The notes below the pieces were generated by a model, which worked only from the letters and a program-made list of their open reading frames with translations, had not been told where the DNA came from and did no database searches. Positions 39,383 to 48,074 of a stretch of 64,000 bases of DNA are shown in pieces (positions within the stretch are counted from its first letter, which is position 1; each line of letters begins with the position of its first letter). The position numbers and the translations under genes were made by a program. Source of the stretch: Candidatus Kerfeldbacteria bacterium (GTDB taxonomy: Bacteria > Patescibacteriota > Patescibacteriia > UBA10025 > JAHIVO01); NCBI GenBank assembly GCA_047946875.1, contig CP181398.1, forward strand, positions 463,818 to 527,817, given 5' to 3'.

Positions 39383-40177
39383 ATGGAAGATCTAACAACA
39401 CTATCTCAAAAATTTCGCTTTTCATATTTTTCCAGTAAGTACTGGCTTGAGTCTGTTTGTAAAATAGAAGAAAGAAATAATGAATCCCTGGCATTAATTG
39501 AAAGTCTTGATGAAAAAGGAAAATGGATATTACAGTATACCCCCGAAAAAACTGAAAATCTTTATGGTGCAGAGATTTTATGGGCAACACAATCAGAATT
39601 GGATCGTATTACTGACCAAGAGATTAGTATAATAAAAAATGAGAAATCCATGCAAGAATATTTTTTCAAAACTAGCGATCTTATTTCCCTAGATGGTAGT
39701 GCCAATAAACAGAAACGTAGGGACATTCGATTATTTGAAAAAAAATATTCGTTTAAATTAGTACATACATACGACAAACAAAAAACCATTGCCTTTCTCA
39801 AAGATTGGGATCAAAAACAAGAAATTAAGACAGCTCCATACAAACGTGGTTTAAACTTTTGCTATTACCTACTTGATTACATCGACTCAGATGATAATTT
39901 ACGAGCTAATTATGTATTAATAGATAATAATCTCGTTGGTTTTTCTATCGGTGAAAAACTGACCAAAGACCATTGGATTGGATTGCACCAAAAAACTGAT
40001 TATAAGTATTTAGGTATTGGTAGATGGATGATCCGAGAACGAGCCAAATTATTTGTCGATGTGCAAATGATAGCGTCAGGTGGATCTATGGCTGACAAAG
40101 GAATCGCCCAATTCAAAGAAAGTTTTAACCCAACAAAAATTGAACAATATTACCACGTAATATTAAATAAGAAATAA
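39383..40177 (+). CDS. DUF2156 / aminoacyl-transferase (GNAT-like) domain protein
   Basis: EYFF..DL..L.G....KRRDI..F, LVGFSIGE, GIAQFKESFNP. Confidence 0.65.
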   Translation: MEDLTTLSQKFRFSYFSSKYWLESVCKIEERNNESLALIESLDEKGKWILQYTPEKTENLYGAEILWATQSELDRITDQEISIIKNEKSMQEYFFKTSDLISLDGSANKQKRRDIRLFEKKYSFKLVHTYDKQKTIAFLKDWDQKQEIKTAPYKRGLNFCYYLLDYIDSDDNLRANYVLIDNNLVGFSIGEKLTKDHWIGLHQKTDYKYLGIGRWMIRERAKLFVDVQMIASGGSMADKGIAQFKESFNPTKIEQYYHVILNKK

Positions 40178-40218
40178 TATAACTAATCAACTTAACATAA
40201 TCCTCTACTCATAACTTA

Positions 40219-41031
40219 ATGAATAAAGAAAATTTTCCAAATATAAAAGAACTATTCAAAAATTTTGAAGGGCGTAAAAAAATGCTACGTGGTATTAAAC
40301 GTTATAATATCCGTCCAGTGATGTTTTACCGACCAGATCTTTATACTCACTCATTACACTTAGGATTAATCCTGCATGACTTAGCGGATAATATTAACCA
40401 AGTTTTTGGAGACAAAGTAGATATTGAGAAAACTATCTTGATGGGACTTATCCATGATGATCTAGAATTAGTCATGGGTGATATACAAGCTGCGCACAAA
40501 GCAAGGATGACACCAGAGCAGACCGCAGAGCTCCTAGAAACAGAATCAAAAGCTATCACCGAGATAAGTCAGAAGTTCCCGAAGAAAATTGGAAACTATA
40601 ATTATGAATCATTGTTACGTGAAGGGAATGATAGAAAAACAATAGAAGCAAGATTAATGCATTTTGCTGACCAGTTGGACGGTTTATGTGAATCTCTTCA
40701 TGAAGTTTATGGAGGCAACAAAAAATTTGAGCTAAATATTGTCACGGATGGATACGGAGCACATCCATCTCCAACAAGATTCTATGTACAGATAATATCA
40801 GATTTTAGTAAAAATTATCCAGAGATTCAACCTTTGTTTGAAACAAAACATCCTTTTCTCACTCCCCTACCAACTATTAATTTTAAGAAAACCGTTTTGA
40901 AAAACAAACCACACACCAAACAATCCATACTAAATAATGTTGGATATACACTCTACGATCACTGGAGAAAAATCATACGTGAATATGCAGATGAAAAGTT
41001 ATACAGTAATTTATATTTAAAACAAGAATAA
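40219..41031 (+). CDS. HD-domain (YfbR-like) hydrolase
   Basis: IKRY, HSLH, LIHDDLE..GD, FADQLD. Confidence 0.75.
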   Translation: MNKENFPNIKELFKNFEGRKKMLRGIKRYNIRPVMFYRPDLYTHSLHLGLILHDLADNINQVFGDKVDIEKTILMGLIHDDLELVMGDIQAAHKARMTPEQTAELLETESKAITEISQKFPKKIGNYNYESLLREGNDRKTIEARLMHFADQLDGLCESLHEVYGGNKKFELNIVTDGYGAHPSPTRFYVQIISDFSKNYPEIQPLFETKHPFLTPLPTINFKKTVLKNKPHTKQSILNNVGYTLYDHWRKIIREYADEKLYSNLYLKQE

Positions 41032-41032
41032 T

Positions 41033-42151
41033 ATGAAAAAAATAATAATTATAGTAATTATTTCTTTATTAGTAATAGGAGCTTGCGCTTGGTATTTAAT
41101 TACAGATAAAGAAGATGGTAATAACTGGGAAATATCAGAAAATGAAACATTCGAGACATCAATAATTGCAAACGATCGGTTTGGTTTTTTAGTCGGTTCA
41201 TCGGCTAAAGAGATGGAATTAGCCCGAGAAACTGGCGCTGGTTGGATTCGACCTCATCCTGGTCCGTTTGTCTGGGGAGAGATGCAAGAAAATGCTTCAA
41301 GTGAAATAGATTTCTCAAACACTGATAACATGATCAAATCCAGTGCTACTTATGATATTAATATCCTTCCTACCATCTGGCACTACGCTGAATGGGATCA
41401 GCAAGATAATCCAAACTCTAACGAATGTATAGCTTCAACTAGTGAATTCAAAAGAGAATTTGGTGAGTATCGTTGTGTTCCATATCATTGGAAGGAATAC
41501 CTAGGATGGGTTTCGATGATCGTAGAACGATATGATGGTGATGGACTTGGTGATATGCCAGGTTTAAAAAAACCAATTACTCACTGGGAGATAATGAATG
41601 AACCAGACTTAGGTACCCCAGACAGTAGTCCTGGTCTGCAATTTTTAATTGGAGAACCTTCCGATTATGCTGAACTTCTGAAAAGGACAAGTAGTGCTAT
41701 CCGAACTTCCGATCCAAATGCTACTATTCTAATAGCTGGTGCTGCTGGCGGTGATGAATCTTTTTTAAATTATTTCAGAGAAGTATTTTCAGATAAAGAA
41801 ACGCTAGATACATTTGATATCGCTAATGTACATTGTATTTCAAATGGAGATGTTGATTCATTTAATACAGTTCCCTATGCAGCAATGCTAGCTGAGTTTA
41901 ATATCAATAAACCAATCTGGGTCACTGAAGCCGAAGCATTTCAAAAAGATTCTTTTGAACAAAGAAAATATACATTAGATGAGCAACTATTAGTTAGTAG
42001 TATAAATGCTTTCGCTTCCGGAGCTGAAAAAATATTTTTTACATCAATGAACTTAGATCATATACCTGGTGGTGATAATAATAAACCCTCCAAAAAAGAT
42101 GGACCTCAAGCATCAACTGAAGTTTATCAAAAAATATTCAATAATTTTTAA
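41033..42151 (+). CDS. Membrane-anchored clan GH-A glycoside hydrolase
   Basis: N-terminal TM, WEIMNEPD acid/base motif, IANVH, PIWVTE nucleophile motif. Confidence 0.75.
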   Translation: MKKIIIIVIISLLVIGACAWYLITDKEDGNNWEISENETFETSIIANDRFGFLVGSSAKEMELARETGAGWIRPHPGPFVWGEMQENASSEIDFSNTDNMIKSSATYDINILPTIWHYAEWDQQDNPNSNECIASTSEFKREFGEYRCVPYHWKEYLGWVSMIVERYDGDGLGDMPGLKKPITHWEIMNEPDLGTPDSSPGLQFLIGEPSDYAELLKRTSSAIRTSDPNATILIAGAAGGDESFLNYFREVFSDKETLDTFDIANVHCISNGDVDSFNTVPYAAMLAEFNINKPIWVTEAEAFQKDSFEQRKYTLDEQLLVSSINAFASGAEKIFFTSMNLDHIPGGDNNKPSKKDGPQASTEVYQKIFNNF

Positions 42152-42174
42152 TTTAATTGTATAAAAAATACATA

Positions 42175-42396
42175 ATTAAAAATGAAGATGTTAGAAAAAT
42201 ATCAAGAATAAAATAACTCCCTGAATATATAAATATACCCAGAGAGCTTCGCATTACGGATGATAATAAAGATCTATTATAAAGCCCTGAAAAGCAGGGA
42301 CGTAATAAAGTATATATTACTAAATCGTAAGTTAATTATAATATAAAATCTTTGAAACTAAAAGTAGCATTCGTAGAAGATACCTTAAATCATTAG
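42175..42396 (+). pseudogene. Probable decayed gene fragment
   Basis: One frame reads as plausible protein (IKNEDVRKISRIK*LPEYINIPRELRITDDNKDLL*SPEKQGRNK...) broken by three TAA stops. Confidence 0.3.
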
Positions 42397-42405
42397 AAAA
42401 ATAAT

Positions 42406-43041
42406 ATGAACACAAAACATTGGGACCAACTACATGACAACTATACCAAAGTTGATTGGATTGACACACCAACAGAATTCTCACAGTGGGTCATTAAACA
42501 TTTATCACCCAATGGAAAGCTACTAGATATTGGTGGTGGACAAGGCCAAGACTCACGCTTCTTTGCTGACAAAGGATATAACGTAACACTATTAGATATA
42601 TCACCACGTGGATTGGAACTAGCTAAAGAAAAAACTTCAAAAAAATTACAAAAAAATCTTTCTTTTTACCAACATGATATTAGTAAATTACTTCCCTTTT
42701 CTGATAGTTCTTTTGACTTTGTATATACACATTTAGCCATTCACTACTTCAATAAAAAAACAACAAAACAAATTTTTGATGAGATGTATCGAATATTAAA
42801 AAAAGATGGGATAATCGCGATTTTCACTAATTCAATAAATGACCCGGAATATAATACAGGGGTAAAAATCGAAAAAGATTTTTTCGAGATTAGTGGAGTT
42901 AGAAAGAGATACTTTTCTATAGAAACTATGATAGAATTTACTAAGGGATTTGATACTATTGCTATTGATGAAAAAGGCAGTACCCCTAAAGACCGCGCAG
43001 TAAATACAAATAATTTAATTCGTTATATAGGAAAAAAATAA
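42406..43041 (+). CDS. Class I SAM methyltransferase
   Basis: LLDIGGGQGQDS, LPFSDSSFDFV, LAIHYF. Confidence 0.85.
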   Translation: MNTKHWDQLHDNYTKVDWIDTPTEFSQWVIKHLSPNGKLLDIGGGQGQDSRFFADKGYNVTLLDISPRGLELAKEKTSKKLQKNLSFYQHDISKLLPFSDSSFDFVYTHLAIHYFNKKTTKQIFDEMYRILKKDGIIAIFTNSINDPEYNTGVKIEKDFFEISGVRKRYFSIETMIEFTKGFDTIAIDEKGSTPKDRAVNTNNLIRYIGKK

Positions 43042-43074
43042 TATGTCCAAATTATTAACAATTAACAAATAAAT

Positions 43075-43335
43075 ATGCCTACTATAGACGAACTACAAAA
43101 CCAAATAAACGAAATCAAAGAACGTAATAAGAAAGTCGAAGCTGATAAAACTTGGGAAACAAGCTGGATAAGAAAAATAATTGTGTTTATACTCACCTAC
43201 TTAGTAATTGTAGTATTCTTCTTAATCTCAGAGTTACCTAGTCCATTTATCAATGCGATAGTGCCTGCTCTGGCTTTTGTAATATCTACTCTTACACTCT
43301 CACTATTTAAGAAGATATGGTTAAAAAATAATTAA
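43075..43335 (+). CDS. Small two-TM conserved-looking protein
   Basis: IKERNKKVEADKTWETSWIRK followed by two TM segments. Confidence 0.65.
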   Translation: MPTIDELQNQINEIKERNKKVEADKTWETSWIRKIIVFILTYLVIVVFFLISELPSPFINAIVPALAFVISTLTLSLFKKIWLKNN

Positions 43336-43719
43336 ATGGATCTTTTAGAATTTGAAGATACAATTAAACAAGCTGTAGAAGCAGTACCTACTGAAATAAG
43401 AAAAAATATGGTTAATATAGGTTTTGTAGTAGAAGATGATCCGCGAGCAGCTAAGAATACAGAACATGCTATAAAATCTAATGGTGTTTTACTTGGTCTT
43501 TACCAAGGAGTTCCTCTTCCTAAACGTAGTGCTTATTATAGTGGCGCTTTACCAGATAAAATAACTATATTCAAAAATTCTATTGAAAGAATATTTGGAC
43601 CTGATACAGAAAGTATAAAAAGAAAAATATTTGATGTAGTACATCATGAAATTGGTCATTATCTTGGAATGGATGAACATACGGTAAGAAAATGGGAAAA
43701 AAATAGGAATAATAAATAA
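43336..43719 (+). CDS. Zincin-like minimal metallopeptidase
   Basis: LLGLYQGVPL, LPDKITIF, HEIGHYLG. Confidence 0.85.
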   Translation: MDLLEFEDTIKQAVEAVPTEIRKNMVNIGFVVEDDPRAAKNTEHAIKSNGVLLGLYQGVPLPKRSAYYSGALPDKITIFKNSIERIFGPDTESIKRKIFDVVHHEIGHYLGMDEHTVRKWEKNRNNK

Positions 43720-43730
43720 ACATTATATTT

Positions 43731-44195
43731 ATGAAAATACAAAAAGCAACTGAATCAGATAAAGATGGAGTTTTAAAAATCCTTGACGAATTCAGGGACG
43801 CCTGTATGAAAATAATATCACCAGAAAAAGAATTTATTTCAACTACCGCCAAAAATCATGGCAGTAAAGTCTTTGATAATATTATTGACTCTCCATATTC
43901 AGCAATATTTATTGCTAAAGAAAAAAATGAGTACCAAGGCATAATTACCATTCATAAAGTACCGCGTCTCAGACGAGGAACCTACTATGCCGAAATAGAA
44001 GAAATATTTGTAAAAGATGAATTTCAAGGTACTGAAATAGCACAAAAATTAATAGAAGCCACTGAAAAATGGTCAAAAGAAAACAATATCGAAGTTATAC
44101 ATTTAAAAAGTGGCATTGAATTAAAACGAGCTCATTCTTTTTACAAAAAAGTAGGCTTCAGACATTATGCTGAGGGCTACGAAAAAATCCTTTAA
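43731..44195 (+). CDS. GNAT N-acetyltransferase
   Basis: IEEIFV..FQGTEIA..L, AHSFYKKVGF. Confidence 0.85.
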   Translation: MKIQKATESDKDGVLKILDEFRDACMKIISPEKEFISTTAKNHGSKVFDNIIDSPYSAIFIAKEKNEYQGIITIHKVPRLRRGTYYAEIEEIFVKDEFQGTEIAQKLIEATEKWSKENNIEVIHLKSGIELKRAHSFYKKVGFRHYAEGYEKIL

Positions 44196-44200
44196 TACTT

Positions 44201-44503
44201 ATGTCTTCAAATCAATTTAAATTACAATCTAAAGTTTGGCAATCGCCAGGTAAGGATATTTGGCACTTCGTATCTCTGCCAAAAAAACAATCAAAAGATA
44301 TTATGATCTTTTTTCAAGGCTTAACTCGTGGTTTCGGTTCATTACCAGTTAATGTAACAGTTGGTAGAACAAAATGGAAAACGTCAATTTTTCCCGATAA
44401 GAAAAACGGTATGTATATTCTTCCACTTAAAAAAGAAGTAAGAAATAATGAAAATATTCAAAATGGTGATACAATTAACTTATTAGTTAAAATACTTATT
44501 TAA
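44201..44503 (+). CDS. DUF1905 domain protein
   Basis: WHFVSLP, RGFGSLPV, WKTSIFPD, YILPLKKEVR. Confidence 0.8.
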   Translation: MSSNQFKLQSKVWQSPGKDIWHFVSLPKKQSKDIMIFFQGLTRGFGSLPVNVTVGRTKWKTSIFPDKKNGMYILPLKKEVRNNENIQNGDTINLLVKILI

Positions 44504-44539
44504 TATAGATTATAACCATAACGACAAACAAATAATACT

Positions 44540-44953
44540 ATGCCATTAGGAGAAGTAACCAAAACAGAAGATTCTAACAAAACTAGCTCTAAGACAAAGC
44601 GTCATCTTTTTTTTAAAAAAATAAAAAAGATATTTTGGCTTATAATCATTCTCATTATAATTATTCAAGGATACCTAATAGCAACCAATTTTTTTAGTAA
44701 ACAACCTAACTTAAAAATGTGTTATGACAGATTTACTTGTGTTGGATATTGTGGAGTAGATTCTCAAAAAGAATGTTACAGTCTTGTGAGCGATGAAGAT
44801 TATAAAAAAGAATATAACTTCGGACAACTAATCAAAGGCAAGATAAACATTATCGAATTTTTCAACAAAAATACCAAATACTGTTATTGTGATTATTCCT
44901 CAGACTTAAGTGACCATGAAGAATTATACAATTTTTACAAGAAAAACAACTAA
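44540..44953 (+). CDS. Single-TM Cys-rich hypothetical protein
   Basis: TM segment followed by six Cys residues. Confidence 0.6.
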   Translation: MPLGEVTKTEDSNKTSSKTKRHLFFKKIKKIFWLIIILIIIIQGYLIATNFFSKQPNLKMCYDRFTCVGYCGVDSQKECYSLVSDEDYKKEYNFGQLIKGKINIIEFFNKNTKYCYCDYSSDLSDHEELYNFYKKNN

Positions 44954-44954
44954 T

Positions 44955-45207
44955 TTGACTTACTTTCTCAATTTGCTATACTTTAATTGTCCCAAATAAA
45001 AGAGTATGCGGGACAGAAGGACATTTAGTTATTAACATGACTAACCCATAAGTGGATGCTTAGGATGCATTATTCCTAGTTTTAATGCTTTAATCCTAGT
45101 ACTATTATTTCAACTACGTAGTTTTCTACTTTTTGCACGATGTACTTATAGCATCACATATGGAAGCCCTGGATAGATTTATAAATATTATCCAGGGTGT
45201 TTTTTTT
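44955..45207 (+). ncRNA. Candidate ~220-nt structured ncRNA with own promoter and terminator
   Basis: TTGACT-16-(TGc)TATACT, several stems, terminator at 45166-45207, no credible ORF. Confidence 0.35.
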
Positions 45208-45374
45208 AAAAAATTTGTAATTAATGATAGTATTATAAAATATACTACTTTAAAAATATATAGTGTACAAAAAAACAAGGAGTCTTTGAGTGGAGAAAAC
45301 TCAAAATAAAACAAAAGTTAGTAAATCTAAATTCATTTACTATCCCGGCTAGATATTAATACGTATTTTCGGCT

Positions 45375-46376
45375 TTATTTTCTTCTACTTGTTGCTAATT
45401 GACCACATGCTGCATTTATTTCATGCCCATAACTAAAACGTTGTGTAGTAGGAATACCAGCATCTAATAATATTTTCATGAATCTACTTACGGTTTTACT
45501 GTCAGAAGCTTTAAATTTTCCAGTTTCATTATATTTAATAAGATTAACCATATACAATGGCTTAGCCATTAATTTAACTAATTCTCTAGCATGTTTATCA
45601 GAATCATTTACATCTTTAATCATAAGATACTCAAACATAACACGACGGGAGTTTTTTATAATATATTTATCAACCGATTTTAAGACTTTTGCTAAAGAAT
45701 AAACTTTATTTATTGGCATCAACTTAGTTCTCAATTCTTCATTTGGTGCATGTAGCGAAATTGCCAAATTGACTTGCATATCTTCATCTTTGAATTTCTC
45801 GATGCCTGGTACAATACCTGAAGTTGACACTGCCATTCTTCTGGCACCAAGTCCAAATCCTTCTTCGCTATTCAATAATTTTATAGATGTTATTAAATTA
45901 TCATAGTTTAAAAAAGGCTCCCCCATTCCCATAAATACAACGTTAGTTACTTTAGAATTTTCTTTTTTCAGTATTCGTCCAAAAAATGTTACCTGCATTA
46001 TTATTTCACTGACTGTTAAATTTCTACTGAAACCCATTTGACCAGTTGCACAAAATTTACATCCTACCGCACAACCAATTTGCGATGACACACAGACAGT
46101 ATTACGATCGTCTTTATGTTTCATCAAAACAGCCTCAATTTTCAATCCATCATCAAGCTCTATTAAAGCTTTTATTGTATTCCTATCATTTGACTCTACC
46201 ACTTCTGATTTTATACTTAGTGGTATATTTTTATTTAATTCTTCTCTAAGATCAACAGGTAAAGTGGTCACATCTTTCCAGTTACTAACAAAATCTTGAT
46301 AAACAGCCTTCATTGCTTGTTTAATTCGATAAGGTTTTTGATCTTTTAAAAATTTCCCTAAATTATCTATATTCAT
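45375..46376 (-). CDS. rlmN: 23S rRNA (adenine-C2)-methyltransferase RlmN
   Basis: CVSSQIGCAVGCKFCATG, FMGMGEP, ISLHA, AACGQL. Confidence 0.95.
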   Translation of the reverse strand: MNIDNLGKFLKDQKPYRIKQAMKAVYQDFVSNWKDVTTLPVDLREELNKNIPLSIKSEVVESNDRNTIKALIELDDGLKIEAVLMKHKDDRNTVCVSSQIGCAVGCKFCATGQMGFSRNLTVSEIIMQVTFFGRILKKENSKVTNVVFMGMGEPFLNYDNLITSIKLLNSEEGFGLGARRMAVSTSGIVPGIEKFKDEDMQVNLAISLHAPNEELRTKLMPINKVYSLAKVLKSVDKYIIKNSRRVMFEYLMIKDVNDSDKHARELVKLMAKPLYMVNLIKYNETGKFKASDSKTVSRFMKILLDAGIPTTQRFSYGHEINAACGQLATSRRK

Positions 46377-46378
46377 AA

Positions 46379-46732
46379 TTAATCAATAATAGTATCATCT
46401 TTATCATAACTTAATTTCATTGCCAAAAACTTAAATTCTTCCCCACTTTCATTAGCAACTGTATGTTTTTCACCCACATTAACTAATAATATATCCCCTA
46501 CCTCTAATCTTATATTTTCGTTATTTACAATAAAATATCCATTATTATTTATAAGATAAAATAATTCCGTTTGATTATCGTGGTGATGTATTTTTGCCCT
46601 AACGCCCGACTTCATTCTTATTTCTTGTATCAAAAAATTTCCTGCCTTCAAGTCTGTAGCATCTAATAATATTTTTTTAAAATAGTCAGCCCCTTCCTGC
46701 CAATCTTTTGCTTCTGCTCTAATTATTTTCAT
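46379..46732 (-). CDS. Cupin domain protein
   Basis: HHH...E.FY, GD...V..GEKH. Confidence 0.8.
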   Translation of the reverse strand: MKIIRAEAKDWQEGADYFKKILLDATDLKAGNFLIQEIRMKSGVRAKIHHHDNQTELFYLINNNGYFIVNNENIRLEVGDILLVNVGEKHTVANESGEEFKFLAMKLSYDKDDTIID

Positions 46733-46742
46733 GAAAAAATGT

Positions 46743-48035
46743 TTATGGCAAATAATCTAGTGGGTTTACAGGTATACCACCTGATCTTACTTCAAAATGT
46801 AAATGAGGACCAGTTGTCAATCTTCCAGCTCCTGGTGTACCAGGTGTACCCCCAACAGCTCCAATTATTTGTCCTCTAACTACATATTCATCTTCTATTA
46901 CATCTATACGGCTAGTATGACCATAAACAGTCGAGATTTCATTATTATGAACAATCATTATATAGCTATACCCAAGTCCGGCATTTTTTGCTCTAGCTAC
47001 ATAACCACTTTCTGAGGCTCTAATATTTGTTCCTTGTGATGCGGGTATATCTATAGCTGGATGTTCAAACAATCTACGAAATGGGTAAGATGGATCATGA
47101 AAATATGCTGAGATGCCACGTGTAGCTGGAATTGGCCACATCAGTACCGCTTCAATATCCAAATCAACACCACCTTCTTCAAGTTTGTCTCTAACTCTTG
47201 ACTCAAGTGTATTAATCTCACCTTCAGCTGCTTGTTGCTCTCTAAGAGCTTCGTCTAATAATATTGAAAATCTTTCTTCTGATTCTTGTGTATCTTCTAA
47301 CAAAGCAACTTTATAATCTTGCTGACTATTTAAATTCGAAATACTACTAGATAGTTTTTCTGTAAGTTCGTCAAGTTCATCTTTCTTTGCTATTTTTTCC
47401 GTTTGTTCATCTTCTAATGTTTGTTTTGTTATTTTTAATTCTGACAATGCATCCTTAACATTACTTTGTAAATCTTGTGTATGTTGCATGTCATCAAAAA
47501 AATCAGAAAATGATTGATTACTAATAATAACTTCTAAATAACTTTGTTGATCTTGCTCATCAATTAATCTTATATAATTTGCTAGTACATCTTGTCTGTA
47601 TGCCAGCTCAATATCCTTCTCGGCTAAAGTAATCTTTAATGTATCTAATTCAATTCCTACTTTATCAATTTCCTCTCTCACGGTCTCAATATCATTTTCT
47701 GTTTGACCGACCTGCAACTCAATCAATTGCATTTGGCTTTGCAAAGTTAGAGACTCTTGTTGTTTAACTTTAATATTTTTTGCATATATATCTGATTTCT
47801 TTTTTAATTCTTCAATAGCATCTTTTTTATCAGTTAATTCTTGATTCAATACATTCAAAGATTCTGTAGTAGTGGATTCCGTCTCTGTAGAATTTACTTC
47901 TTCTGTTATTTCTTCTTGAGCCATGACATAAACCGTAGGGATCAATAAAAAAATACCTAACAAAACAGTTAGGCCAGCAACCTTTAGCATATTTAAGCTT
48001 TCTATTTTTATTTTATTGATTGAAAATAATGCCAT
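46743..48035 (-). CDS. Coiled-coil M23 peptidase (murein hydrolase/activator)
   Basis: Long coiled coil, HPAIDI, YGH, TGPHLHFE. Confidence 0.88.
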   Translation of the reverse strand: MALFSINKIKIESLNMLKVAGLTVLLGIFLLIPTVYVMAQEEITEEVNSTETESTTTESLNVLNQELTDKKDAIEELKKKSDIYAKNIKVKQQESLTLQSQMQLIELQVGQTENDIETVREEIDKVGIELDTLKITLAEKDIELAYRQDVLANYIRLIDEQDQQSYLEVIISNQSFSDFFDDMQHTQDLQSNVKDALSELKITKQTLEDEQTEKIAKKDELDELTEKLSSSISNLNSQQDYKVALLEDTQESEERFSILLDEALREQQAAEGEINTLESRVRDKLEEGGVDLDIEAVLMWPIPATRGISAYFHDPSYPFRRLFEHPAIDIPASQGTNIRASESGYVARAKNAGLGYSYIMIVHNNEISTVYGHTSRIDVIEDEYVVRGQIIGAVGGTPGTPGAGRLTTGPHLHFEVRSGGIPVNPLDYLP

Positions 48036-48074
48036 TTTAGTCGTTTATTTTAACAACAAGAGTATAGCATAAAA

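Noticed and set aside
32188-44953. Classical integron (IntI plus attC cassettes)
   Set aside because: The recombinase lacks the IntI-specific insertion before the HxxR box, and no RYYYAAC...GTTRRRY attC sites were seen in the spacers.
27960-45000. Prophage or ICE
   Set aside because: No structural, terminase, replication, relaxase or conjugation genes, and no flanking att duplication was recognised.
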